Source: an uncultured bacterium (GTDB lineage: Bacteria; Gemmatimonadota; Gemmatimonadetes; Gemmatimonadales; Gemmatimonadaceae). Taken from it: a stretch of DNA of 48,236 nt. The stretch lies in NCBI GenBank assembly GCA_963978095.1, contig CAXBQP010000021.1:1-48236 (forward strand), given 5' to 3'. This document shows, piece after piece, positions 37,365-46,907 of the stretch. The stretch's first letter is position 1. Each line of letters starts with the position of its first letter. The translations under genes and the position numbers were made by a program. The notes beneath the pieces are model-generated. The model made no database searches. It was not told where the DNA came from and saw only the letters and a list, made by a program, of their open reading frames with translations.

Positions 37365-38372
37365 CTACGGAGCGCGAATCGCTTTCACGAACTTCGCGAT
37401 CGCGTCCACCACCGTGCCGACCAGCGGCAGGGCGGGGTCGCTGTAACTCCTGAGTTGCGTTGCCTGATCGCCGACGACGCCCTTGAGCACGTGGTTCATC
37501 CCCTCGACTTTCACGAGGGTCGCCGTGGGCGCTGCCTTCTGGAGGGAATCCGCCTCGGCGACGGCTACTTGGATGTCCGTGGTTCCCTGCAGGATCAACA
37601 CGGGAACCTTCACCTTGGCCAACTCGGCGGCGGGGTCCCACTTGAACCAGGAAATCATGTAGGGCTGCACACTGGCGCGGAACACGGCCGAGAGCGGCAT
37701 GTCGCGGGGGACGGGAACTGTCTTGCCGACCGCCAGACTCGCCAGGATGGCGTCGGCTTGGTCGGCCACGGGCTTCGGCAGCCCCGCCGCGAGTTGGTCG
37801 TGGAGCACCGCATCGGCGGGGCGTGCGATGCCGGCGATCGAGATATACCCATCCGCCGGCGCCCGTTGCGTGGCGAGGATGCCGAGCATCGCCCCTTCGC
37901 TGTGTCCGGCGATGATGATCGTGCTGAAGCGCTTGTCGGTGCGGAACTTCCTGACCCACGCGGCGGCATCGTCGGCATACATCTCGAAGCGGAGATCCTC
38001 CTCGCTGGTCGCGGCACGTGCACTCGCGGCGACGCCGCGCTTGTCGTAGCGCACGGAGGCAATGCCGCGTTCGGCGAGTGCTTGGGCGAGCATGCCGAGG
38101 GCGTTGTTCTTCCCCGGAAGCCCGAGGGAGTTGCCATCGCGATCCGTGGGTCCGGAGCCACTGATCAGCACCACCAACGGAAACTTTCCCAGCGCGAACG
38201 GGAGCATGATCGAGCCGCGGAGGATCCCGGTAGGCGTCTCGAGCACCGTCGTGTCGGCGAACCAGGCGCCGCCTTGGGCGCGTGCGCTGGCGCTGCCGAG
38301 CGCGAGCGCGCCGACGAGGGTCGCGGCGGTCACCCATCCCCGACGCCGCAGCGTGCTGACGCGCGCGCTCAA
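37365..38372 (-). CDS. Secreted alpha/beta hydrolase
   Basis: Signal peptide, SGSGPTDRDGN, RYDKRG, GHSEG nucleophile, QGTTDIQV, GMNHVLK. Start uncertain (TTG 38372 overlapping upstream stop, or slightly downstream). Confidence 0.88.
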   Translation of the reverse strand: MSARVSTLRRRGWVTAATLVGALALGSASARAQGGAWFADTTVLETPTGILRGSIMLPFALGKFPLVVLISGSGPTDRDGNSLGLPGKNNALGMLAQALAERGIASVRYDKRGVAASARAATSEEDLRFEMYADDAAAWVRKFRTDKRFSTIIIAGHSEGAMLGILATQRAPADGYISIAGIARPADAVLHDQLAAGLPKPVADQADAILASLAVGKTVPVPRDMPLSAVFRASVQPYMISWFKWDPAAELAKVKVPVLILQGTTDIQVAVAEADSLQKAAPTATLVKVEGMNHVLKGVVGDQATQLRSYSDPALPLVGTVVDAIAKFVKAIRAP

Positions 38373-40744
38373 TGGGGCCCCGGCGAACCGGATGCACGTT
38401 GTGCACCCTTGACGATCTCGAGCCGCAGTTCGGTCCATCCCTCCACCTGCACATACTGCACCCGCACGTCATGCGGTCCCGCGGCGATTGGTACGGCATC
38501 GACCGCCGATTCGTGCGGGACCCAGTTGTCAATCACCAGCGTGCCGTCCACCCAGACCCTCACGGCATCGTCACTGATGGTGCGGAGCGTGTGCGTCCCC
38601 ACGGGGACGGTGACCCGCGTTGTCGCCTCGAGCGCCCACTTGGACGACGGCAGGCCAGGGATGGTCGGCCGCGACCAGAGGTAGTCGAGTCGCGAGGTGC
38701 GGGCAGTGGTCAGCGGCGTGCCGTTCAGCAGACGCGTGAACGCCTCACTCTTGGTGCGCGGGTCAGTGCTGTCGGCCCAAGCGAAGAACTTCACCTGCCA
38801 ATCGGTCGCCGGCTCGAACAGGCGGTAAGAGAACCGCTGCGCGACATTCGCGGCCTTGGCCTCGCCGCGCGCGGAGAGGGTGGCCGCGCCTTTGTACTCA
38901 AGGACGAGTTCCCAATCGTTCATCCCGTCGGGGGCTGGCGTCACGGTGATGGTGTCCCCCATGAGCCCGGCGGTGGCGGAGATCCCCGCGATGCCGCGCT
39001 TGGACACGACGCTCCACTTGCCGTCGGGACCAAGGACGGCGAGCCGCACGGTGGCGCTGTGCGTGCTGTCGACGGGCCAGAGCTTGGGAGCGCGCCAGTC
39101 GTACGGCCCCCATTCATCGACGATGATCGCGTGGCGCGGGCGCTGGCTCATGGGCGATACGGGAATCGTGCGGGCGATTCCCTCCACCACGGGCGCGAGC
39201 CGATCGAACTCGGCGGGGAGCGCACCCATGGTCGCGCAGGGATCGGCGTCGTCTTCGACCGCGGGGATCGGGGCGTTGCCGATGTTGCGAAGGCCGAGGG
39301 TGTCCTTCATGACGAAGGCGGTATCGACGGCCGCGAGCGTGTTGTTGGTGAGTTGCAAGCCGCGGGCGTTGGCGATGTTGAACCCCACGCGATTCCGGCT
39401 CAGGGTGTTGCCGCTGATGCTGTTGTTGCGGTTCTGGGTGTCTTTCTTCTTCGGGTACATCCAGTCCGACGGTTCGATCTTCTCGGCCCAGAGCCGCACC
39501 GCGGTGCGTTCCCCTTCAAAGCGGTTGGCGGCGATGAAGTTGTCTTGTCCGTGTTCGATGGCGACACCGATGCGGTTCCGCACGAAGCAGTTGCTGACGA
39601 TTTTCGTGTCGAAGCTGTAGCCGCCCCAGAGGCCGTAGTCACTCCCCCGGGCCACATTGGCGATCACCGTATTGCGACTGAAGGTGAGCTCCATGGCGTT
39701 GGTGGGCGCGTAGGAGAAATCGTTGGCGAAGAAGAGATTGTCGTTGGCGCCGCCGGTGCCGGTGTCCATGCTGCTCTGACCGGCCCAGAGGAAGAGTCCG
39801 TCGCCGCCGTGCGTGGCGGAGTTGTAGGCGACGATGTTGCGGCTGGACTGTTCGAACATGAGCAGGTCCGCCGAGTCTTGGCCGCGGCGATAAAAGCCTT
39901 CGGAGAATCCCCGGACGTTGTAGTCCAGGGTGTTGTGGAGGATCCGGTTGTCGGCGGCGCGGTACATGCCGACGCCGAGTCCCGAGTTGTAGGTGAGGGT
40001 GTTGTCATGGACGGTGAGGTGGTCAGACTTCACCAGCAGGAGTCCATTCATCCCGTGTTCGGCGGTGACGTTCTTGATGGTACCGCCCGATACGCCATCG
40101 AGATACAGGGCGGCGCCGAAGCGGAGCCACTCCTTCTGTTCATTGTGATGGAAGGAGAGCCAGTCGGCGAGCGACTCGTGTTCGACGGTCGAGTAGAGGC
40201 GCGGCTTCCAGGTGTAGCTGAGGTTGGCGTCGGCGACGGTGAGTGCCTTGGTGTTGCGCGCGATGATGCCCACGCGGAACCCGTGGATGGCGCCCCCGGT
40301 GATCGTGACGTTCTTCCCGCCCTCGACGCGGATGGCAACGCCGGCGAAGCGGTCCGGGTCGGCGAACGGATCGGCGCCATTGATGGTGACGCCGGTGAGG
40401 TCGAGGGTGATGTTGTCCCCTTTGACGACGATCAGCGCGGAGTCGAGCGAGGCGGCGGCGTTGAGGCGGTAGCTCTTCGGTGTGATGCGGACGGACTTGG
40501 TGACGACCAGTCCGCGTTTCAGGTCGGTGGTCGCACCCGGCTTGGCGGCCGGGGCTGCGCTCTTGCCTTTGGGCGTCGGCTTTTTGGCGGGCGCCTTCTT
40601 CTTGGAGGTCTGCTTTTTGGCGGGTGCTTTTTTGGCCTGCGCCTCGGCGTGCGCAGGCGCGAGGGCGATCAGCAACGCCGCGACGGCCGCGGTCGTGGCG
40701 GTCGTGAGGTGGCGAAGCAAGTGACGGGTGCGTCGAGGAGTCAT
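38369..40744 (-). CDS. Secreted right-handed beta-helix (NosD/CASH-like) protein with C-terminal PA14 domain
   Basis: Signal peptide, Lys/Ala/Pro linker, Asn-rich beta-helix repeats, C-terminal SDDAVRVWVDG...IDNW. ATG 40744 overlaps the upstream stop. Confidence 0.8.
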   Translation of the reverse strand: MTPRRTRHLLRHLTTATTAAVAALLIALAPAHAEAQAKKAPAKKQTSKKKAPAKKPTPKGKSAAPAAKPGATTDLKRGLVVTKSVRITPKSYRLNAAASLDSALIVVKGDNITLDLTGVTINGADPFADPDRFAGVAIRVEGGKNVTITGGAIHGFRVGIIARNTKALTVADANLSYTWKPRLYSTVEHESLADWLSFHHNEQKEWLRFGAALYLDGVSGGTIKNVTAEHGMNGLLLVKSDHLTVHDNTLTYNSGLGVGMYRAADNRILHNTLDYNVRGFSEGFYRRGQDSADLLMFEQSSRNIVAYNSATHGGDGLFLWAGQSSMDTGTGGANDNLFFANDFSYAPTNAMELTFSRNTVIANVARGSDYGLWGGYSFDTKIVSNCFVRNRIGVAIEHGQDNFIAANRFEGERTAVRLWAEKIEPSDWMYPKKKDTQNRNNSISGNTLSRNRVGFNIANARGLQLTNNTLAAVDTAFVMKDTLGLRNIGNAPIPAVEDDADPCATMGALPAEFDRLAPVVEGIARTIPVSPMSQRPRHAIIVDEWGPYDWRAPKLWPVDSTHSATVRLAVLGPDGKWSVVSKRGIAGISATAGLMGDTITVTPAPDGMNDWELVLEYKGAATLSARGEAKAANVAQRFSYRLFEPATDWQVKFFAWADSTDPRTKSEAFTRLLNGTPLTTARTSRLDYLWSRPTIPGLPSSKWALEATTRVTVPVGTHTLRTISDDAVRVWVDGTLVIDNWVPHESAVDAVPIAAGPHDVRVQYVQVEGWTELRLEIVKGAQRASGSPGPH

Positions 40745-41160
40745 CGGAGGTCGAGAAAGCGGTGTCGATCGTGGGGCAGCGGGAGCACGCACGAGCGGGA
40801 CGGTCCGAGCCACTGCATGCGTCGACGGGCGATGGCGTTGTACCCCAGATCGCGCCACTGGTGGGGGAGGAGTCTGGCGAGGTGCGCGACGCGGGCCCAC
40901 CCTCCAAGATAGCGCGCGAGGGCGAGGACCGCGTCGGACCGGATACGGAATTCCGGGATGGCGCCTGGCTCCACCCAGACCAACGAGTCGGCGGTCCTGA
41001 CCGTGTCGGGAGCGGCGGCGAGGAGGGTGTTGGCGGCCGGTCCACGGAGGGGGGCGAACTGCAGGGTACCCCGTCGGTCCCAGCGGAGGGCGGCTCGGAC
41101 CGCTCGGCTGCAGAGGGCGCAGTCGCCGTCATAGAGGAGGACCGGGGGCGCGTCGAGCAT
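40741..41160 (-). CDS. DCC1-like thiol-disulfide oxidoreductase (DUF393)
   Basis: VLLYDGDCALC, LQFAPL, RSDAVL, RDLGYNAIARRR..W.G...C. Confidence 0.88.
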   Translation of the reverse strand: MLDAPPVLLYDGDCALCSRAVRAALRWDRRGTLQFAPLRGPAANTLLAAAPDTVRTADSLVWVEPGAIPEFRIRSDAVLALARYLGGWARVAHLARLLPHQWRDLGYNAIARRRMQWLGPSRSCVLPLPHDRHRFLDLR

Positions 41161-41374
41161 CGTGTATAATAACTTTCGGCGCGGCGTTCTCCCCGCGTGC
41201 TGGAGCCGCCGAGCTTCGAAAGGTCGCTGTTCCGCGAGTGCGTGACGGAACTTTCACCCCGGAAACCGCCTGTTGCGCATCGGCGTCTCCCCTATGCATT
41301 CACACTGCGATTGCACCCTGAGAAGATGACCGCACCGTGCGGCAACCTGTCACACCCTTCGCGGCGGCGCTCAG

Positions 41375-41776
41375 ATGACTCCACGTGACATCGAGGGCAT
41401 TGCCCCTCTCTTGATCGTATCCAGCGTTCCTGCCGCGCTGGCCTTCTACCGGGACCGTCTGGGATTTACCGTCACGTTCCAAGGCCCAGAGCCCGACGAC
41501 ATCTTCTTCGGCATGGTGCAGCGTGGCGCCGCAATGCTCATGTTCAAGAGTGTGGGTGTCGTCCCCCTGCCGAACTCCACGCGTAACGTCGGCAAGGGCG
41601 TCGCCCGCTGGGACGCGTACCTTTATGTCCCCGATCCGGACGCGTTGGCGGCGGACTTCGCATCACAGTCCCTCGAGTTCGCCGAACCGCTCCACGACAC
41701 GGCCGAAGGGCTTCGGGGGTTCTCACTCAAAGACGCCGACGGCTACGTCCTCTTCTTTGGCCGTCCCCTGATCTGA
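41375..41776 (+). CDS. VOC/glyoxalase (bleomycin-resistance-like) protein
   Basis: PLLIVSSVPAALAFYRDRLGF...YLYVPDPDAL...FSLKDADGYVLFF. Confidence 0.85.
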   Translation: MTPRDIEGIAPLLIVSSVPAALAFYRDRLGFTVTFQGPEPDDIFFGMVQRGAAMLMFKSVGVVPLPNSTRNVGKGVARWDAYLYVPDPDALAADFASQSLEFAEPLHDTAEGLRGFSLKDADGYVLFFGRPLI

Positions 41777-41976
41777 CCCCTGCCGGACCGCGCGCCGACG
41801 ATCGCGGGGTCGCCGCGTTTCAACCCGCGCGAAGTCCAGATTTTGGAAGGCTGCCGTACGGCTGGTCCATGTTCAACCGTCCGTTCCGGCGCCAGCGGGA
41901 TGCGCGTCCGCAGCGCTCGGTGTGACCCAGACGCGAATCAGCACTCTCGTTCGCAGCCCTGCGCGCAGACCTTCAC

Positions 41977-43485
41977 TCAACCCTGCGTCGTCCGCTCCCG
42001 GAATGCCTCGGCGATCTCACGGTACCGCATCCGTTTCGCCTCGGGCATCTTTGCCACCAGGTTGCCGGCCATCCCCATCCGCGGATTCTGCCGGAAGAAC
42101 GCCTGATGCCGATCCACGAAGTTCCAATAGAGCGCGTCCCACGTGTCGCACCACGCCCCGCGCGGGACATCACTCATCTTCAGGATGTAGTTCGACCCGC
42201 AAATGTAGGGCTTCGTGGCGAAGATCCCCCCGTCACTGAACTGCCCCATGCCGTAGACATTCGGCCCCATGACCCACTCGGACGAATCGACGTTCATTTC
42301 CATGAACCATCGGTGCACCGCGCGCGGGTCGACGTCGCACAGCAGCATCACATTGCTCAGCACCATGAGCCGCTCGATGTGATGGTTGTAACCGCGCCGG
42401 AGCGCCTTCCGGATCGCGGCATCGACCGGCACGAGTCCCGTGGTACCATCGTACCAACAGCCCTTGAGCTGCCGGTGATGGCCGAAGAAGTTGGCGGATG
42501 CCTGCTCCTCGCCATGCACGACATCGATGCCTTTGACGAACTCGCGCCACCCGATCACCTGCCGCAGGAACCCCTCCAGCGAGGCGATCGGCGTATCACG
42601 CTCACGTGCCACGGCCAGAGCACGCTCCACAATGATGGCTGGTGGCAGAATCCCCAGATTCATCATCGGCGACAACACCGAGTGATTGAGGACATCGTCC
42701 CCGGGATGTTCGCCGGCCCTGATCGCGTCCTCATACGGCCCGAAGTCGTCGAGCCGCTCTGCCAGGAACTGGTCCAGCCACCGCAAGGCTTCCGTCGTCT
42801 CGGTGGGAAGCCAGAACTGCGATGCGCTTCCGGGATGATCGGCAAAGTCCCGCTCCACCATCCGGATCACGTCGGACACGGTGTCCGAGGCGTCGCGCGT
42901 CGGAATGGCCGGTGCGACGTACCCCCGCGGTAGCTTCTTGCGATTCTCGGTATCGAAGCTCCACTTGCCACCGGTCGGCTCGCCGCGCGAATCGACCAAC
43001 ACGCCCAGGCGCTTCCGTTGCCATTCGTAGAACGTCTTCATGAATGGACGCCGCCCCCCGAACGCCGCAGGGAAGAGCGCGGTCGGTGTGAGGAACAGGT
43101 GGGACGGCGCGGGCTCCACACGAACCCCGACGCGTCGGGCCCACGCCGCGAACTCCGACGCGAACCCGCGATCCGCCAACTCCGCAACGCGGATCTCGCG
43201 AACACCACGGGCGCGCAACTGTTCGTCGAGCAGACCGAAATAGGACGGGGGTGGAGCCTCGGACGCCAAAGGTTGGCTCTCCAGCCGCACGTAATGCACG
43301 CGAAAGCCCCGCGCCCGCAGGGACTCGGCAAATCGTCGCATCGCCGCGAAGATCAGGACCAGTTTCTGCTGATGATATCGATAGCGCGCGCACAGCGCCC
43401 GGCTTTCGATCAGGAGAAACTCGTCATCCGTCGACGTGTGGGCCCACTCGGGAAACAGTTGGTCCCCGAGCACCACATTCAGCAT
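41977..43485 (-). CDS. PhrB-type (prokaryotic 6-4) photolyase / cryptochrome-photolyase family protein, FeS-less subtype
   Basis: VLGDQL, HQQKL, GGKWSFD.ENRK, FGPYEDA, SLEGFLRQVIGWREF, HHIERLM, WVMGPNVYGM, KPY. Confidence 0.9.
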   Translation of the reverse strand: MLNVVLGDQLFPEWAHTSTDDEFLLIESRALCARYRYHQQKLVLIFAAMRRFAESLRARGFRVHYVRLESQPLASEAPPPSYFGLLDEQLRARGVREIRVAELADRGFASEFAAWARRVGVRVEPAPSHLFLTPTALFPAAFGGRRPFMKTFYEWQRKRLGVLVDSRGEPTGGKWSFDTENRKKLPRGYVAPAIPTRDASDTVSDVIRMVERDFADHPGSASQFWLPTETTEALRWLDQFLAERLDDFGPYEDAIRAGEHPGDDVLNHSVLSPMMNLGILPPAIIVERALAVARERDTPIASLEGFLRQVIGWREFVKGIDVVHGEEQASANFFGHHRQLKGCWYDGTTGLVPVDAAIRKALRRGYNHHIERLMVLSNVMLLCDVDPRAVHRWFMEMNVDSSEWVMGPNVYGMGQFSDGGIFATKPYICGSNYILKMSDVPRGAWCDTWDALYWNFVDRHQAFFRQNPRMGMAGNLVAKMPEAKRMRYREIAEAFRERTTQG

Positions 43486-44156
43486 GTCGCAAACGCCTCG
43501 GCGGGCAGATCCTTCTCCCCATCGGCCACGGCGGTCAGGATGCGCCGCACCACGGCCTCAGGCGCAAGACCCGGTGGCATCTTGGGAGCGGTACCGTGCA
43601 GGGCGCGGCCGACCAATCCCGTTTCGGTATGCGGCGCGCGGATGTCGAGCACCGTGATCTTGCGTGACCGAAGCTCGCGCGCCGCGATGACCATGGCGCG
43701 GTGCGCGGCAGCCTTCGACGCGCAATACGCACTCATGCCGATGATGGTCATATCCGCCGCGACGCCGGTCAGCGAGGCGATCACCCCGCCGTCGTTCGTG
43801 ACCGACGCGCCGAGCGCGAGCACGTTCAGCGTTCCGATGGCGTTGGTGTGAAACAGCTCCGCGACGACCGCCTCCGGGACATCACCCACGGCCCCGAACG
43901 CGACGCGACCGGCGGCGTTGATGATCCCGTCGAACATGCCGCCGAGCGCGCCGACTGCCTGGGCCAGCGAGTCCCGGGTGCGCACATCGCCGATCGCATG
44001 CGCCAGGGGGGCAAGATCGTGCGGAAGGTTCGACGGTGTCCGGACGATGAGCGCGACCGCTGCCCCGTGCGACGTCAGTTGTCGCGCGGTCTCCGCGCCC
44101 AGAACTCCCGAACCGCCAACGACCAGATATCTTTTGCCAGCGAAGAACGTCGTCAT
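43479..44156 (-). CDS. SDR-family oxidoreductase
   Basis: VVGGSGVLG, INAAG, YCASKAA. Stop overlaps the photolyase start. Confidence 0.88.
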   Translation of the reverse strand: MTTFFAGKRYLVVGGSGVLGAETARQLTSHGAAVALIVRTPSNLPHDLAPLAHAIGDVRTRDSLAQAVGALGGMFDGIINAAGRVAFGAVGDVPEAVVAELFHTNAIGTLNVLALGASVTNDGGVIASLTGVAADMTIIGMSAYCASKAAAHRAMVIAARELRSRKITVLDIRAPHTETGLVGRALHGTAPKMPPGLAPEAVVRRILTAVADGEKDLPAEAFATC

Positions 44157-44222
44157 GCCTCAATGTTAATCCAGGCCATGCGGCTTCGCTGGTCCAGGAG
44201 CCTTCACCACACCGGTTGATAC

Positions 44223-44999
44223 TTGCGCACGCCAGTTCAGATCATCGGCGTCGATTGTGCGACGGACGACACGAAGGTCGGCATCGCGCGCGGTGTCCTC
44301 GACGGCCAAGACGCGCGCCTCGACGAGGTGGTGGTCTGCGGCAAGGAGCGCTCGGCGGCCGATCACCTTGCGTCGTGGATCAACACCACCGACCCGGTGC
44401 TCCTGGCGCTGGACGCGCCGCTCGGGTGGCCGCAGCCGCTCGGTGCATCGCTCGCCGGTCACCGCGCGGGCGACGAACTGCTCGTCGCGCCCAACGATAT
44501 TTTCCGGCGCGCCACCGACCGATTCACGCAACGCACGCTGGGCAAGACCCCGCTGGACGTTGGCGCTGACCGGATCGCCCGCACCGCGCACGCGGCGCTG
44601 CACCTGCTGGGGGAACTCCGTCGACGGCTTGACCAACCCATCCCCCTGGCGTGGTCACCGCAGCTTTCCAGGGGGATCTCCGCAATCGAGGTGTATCCCG
44701 CCGCGACGCTCGATGTCTGGGGGATCCGGTCGTCGCGCTACAAGAACCCGGAGCAGGTGGCGGAGCGCCGCGAGATCATCGCAGCCCTGCGGCACCAGCT
44801 GGTGCTGCCCTCGGACGTGACGGTGCTCGAGCAGAACGCGGACGCCTTGGATGCGGCGGTCTGCCTGCTGTGTGCCAAGGACTTCCTGCTCGGGCAGACC
44901 TCCCCACCGGCGGACGTGGCGCTGGCCGCCGTCGAGGGATGGATCTGGACGCGGACCCCTGCCGCCTCACGTCTCGCGCGGCAGCGGTCGACGCGTTGA
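44223..44999 (+). CDS. DUF429-like protein (predicted RNase H-fold nuclease)
   Basis: IIGVD, LALDAPLGWP, RRATD, IEVYPAA, DALDAAVC, EGWIW. Start approximate. Confidence 0.75.
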   Translation: MRTPVQIIGVDCATDDTKVGIARGVLDGQDARLDEVVVCGKERSAADHLASWINTTDPVLLALDAPLGWPQPLGASLAGHRAGDELLVAPNDIFRRATDRFTQRTLGKTPLDVGADRIARTAHAALHLLGELRRRLDQPIPLAWSPQLSRGISAIEVYPAATLDVWGIRSSRYKNPEQVAERREIIAALRHQLVLPSDVTVLEQNADALDAAVCLLCAKDFLLGQTSPPADVALAAVEGWIWTRTPAASRLARQRSTR

Positions 45000-45132
45000 A
45001 GCGATTCCGCCGAGCGCTGCGTTCGTGCGTGTCGTGGAACTTGCGGGGCTTCGGCACGCGGTCCACCTTCCACCGGTGAGTCGACGCCACGTCGTCGCCC
45101 CACCCGTTTTTTCACTTGTGCGCGAGGATGCC

Positions 45133-45531
45133 ATGCCCCGGATGATCTTCATCACCCTGCCTGTGACCGACATCCCCCGCGCGCGGGCGTTCTACGAGGC
45201 ATTGGGCTTCTCGATCAACGAGAAGTTCTCCGGCGCGACCTCGGCCTGCGTGATCGTGTCAGACACGATCTACTTGATGCTCTCCACGCATGAGCAGTTC
45301 CGGCAGATTTCGCCCAAGCCGCTGATCGCCCCGACCGAAGGCGCCACCTGCCTCTTCGCCCTGTCCTGCGACAGCCGCGAGGATGTCGATGCCATCACCA
45401 ACGCCGCCATCGCGGCCGGCGGGAAGTCCCTGCACGACCCCGAAGACCACGGCTTCATGTACTCCAGGGCCTTCGAGGACCCGGATGGCAACGGCTTCGG
45501 CCCGATGTGGATGGATCCCGCTGCGGCGTGA
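45133..45531 (+). CDS. VOC/glyoxalase family protein
   Basis: MIFITLPVTD...AFYEALGF...DHGFMYSRAFEDPDGN. GAGGA RBS. Confidence 0.9.
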   Translation: MPRMIFITLPVTDIPRARAFYEALGFSINEKFSGATSACVIVSDTIYLMLSTHEQFRQISPKPLIAPTEGATCLFALSCDSREDVDAITNAAIAAGGKSLHDPEDHGFMYSRAFEDPDGNGFGPMWMDPAAA

Positions 45532-45549
45532 GGGCCGGACGCCCCCAGC

Positions 45550-46734
45550 CTACGGCTTCACGATGATGACGGTGCGGTTTTGCTTGGTCGCGTTGCTGAT
45601 CTGCAGGTTGTAGCCCATCGGCGTGTTGGTGTGGAAGCTCTTGTAGTTCACCGTGGCGTCGTTGATGTGCGACGCCGCGTCGACACCCGGAATGCCGATG
45701 TCCGGTGACGCCGTGAGGCCGCGCGACTTGAGGTCGTTGCCCGTCACGTCCGGGGAGAACGGCGCGAGACCGAACGAGACATGGTCGATCGTCGCACGCG
45801 GCGGTGCGCTCTTGTCGAACGCCGGGCTGAGCGCGTTGCCTCCCCGGATCAGGACGTTGCCGCAGTCGTCGCACATCCAGACTTCGTTCTGGCTCCCTTC
45901 GTCACCCTGCGGCTTCCAGCCGATCAGCGTCTCGTAGAATGCGACTTCCTTCTTGTAGTCGCCGACGCCGAACGAAATGTGATCGAGCCATACGGTCTTC
46001 CAGTTGGTCGACTCGAACGGTGCGGGCTCGGCCCACGTGATCGCCTTCGCGCTCTTCCGTCCCTTCGCGTAGCAGGCGTTCGTGAGCACGAGATCGAACC
46101 CTTGCGGATCCTTGACATGGAACGCCTCGCAGCCTCCCGGCCCACTGTTGTCCGCCACCGGATCAAGTCCGCGCTTCCGGAGCTCGGCCTCGATCGTCTT
46201 GGCGTTCCAGGGTGCGATGATCCAGGCGAAGGAGTCCCACGCCACCTGCGGTGCCCGACGCTGTCCACCCCCTGCGCCGCCACGTCCGCCGGCCCCACCG
46301 CCGCGGGCGGCCATCGCGGCACTGTCCGCCGCCGACAACACCCGCGGCGGCGGCGGGGGTGCCGGCGTATAGCCCCCGACGATCACCACCGTCCCCACAT
46401 CCCCCACATCGAGCACGGCCTGCTTGCCGTCGTCGCTCCGAAGCTTCCAGTTCATGAGCGCCATGTAGAAGGCCGCCTCCTTCTTGTAATCGACGGCGTG
46501 CATGGTGAAGTGGTCCAGTCCGGTGGTCTTCCACCCGGTCGCGGCGAACGGTGCCGGCGCGTGCGTCGTGTCGCAGATCGGTGTGTGCTCGTTGGGACGC
46601 CCCTTGCAGCTCCCTTGCCCGACGGCCTCGCGCATCGGCACCGACAAGGCGAGTCCGAGGATGGCCCACAGGACGGAACGACTCAGCAGCGACGCGCGGG
46701 TGTCACTGGACAGCACGTGGTTCGACTTGGCCAT
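45550..46734 (-). CDS. Secreted multi-VOC-domain protein
   Basis: Signal-like N-terminus. Two repeats WKTTGLDHF...AFY and WKTVWLDHISF...AFY, plus DPQGFDL and TPMGYNLQI. Confidence 0.7.
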   Translation of the reverse strand: MAKSNHVLSSDTRASLLSRSVLWAILGLALSVPMREAVGQGSCKGRPNEHTPICDTTHAPAPFAATGWKTTGLDHFTMHAVDYKKEAAFYMALMNWKLRSDDGKQAVLDVGDVGTVVIVGGYTPAPPPPPRVLSAADSAAMAARGGGAGGRGGAGGGQRRAPQVAWDSFAWIIAPWNAKTIEAELRKRGLDPVADNSGPGGCEAFHVKDPQGFDLVLTNACYAKGRKSAKAITWAEPAPFESTNWKTVWLDHISFGVGDYKKEVAFYETLIGWKPQGDEGSQNEVWMCDDCGNVLIRGGNALSPAFDKSAPPRATIDHVSFGLAPFSPDVTGNDLKSRGLTASPDIGIPGVDAASHINDATVNYKSFHTNTPMGYNLQISNATKQNRTVIIVKP

Positions 46735-46907
46735 GGTGAGGGCGGGCGAGGGGGTGTGCGTGGGTAGCGGAAATGCCATCGAGCAACAGGAGGCGGATAC
46801 GCGTCGTCTCCGCATGAGTATACGGCGCTCGCCCCCGCGGCGTTAGAGCGGATGTCGGTCACCCGCGCAGCCACCACCCGGGATCCCGGGGGCGATTACA
46901 TTCCGGC

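Noticed and set aside
12013..40912. Very long antisense or alternate-frame ORFs (e.g. 12013..14472 +, 17094..19928 -, 23442..25412 -, 38372..40912 +)
   Set aside because: They shadow well-supported genes on the other strand, carry no recognisable motifs, and are expected from stop-codon scarcity in high-GC DNA.
41777..41976. Small Cys-rich DUF2256-type gene often found beside PhrB-like photolyases
   Set aside because: The minus-strand frame with Cys residues (VKVCAQGCEREC) stops after 12 codons and lacks the expected motif.
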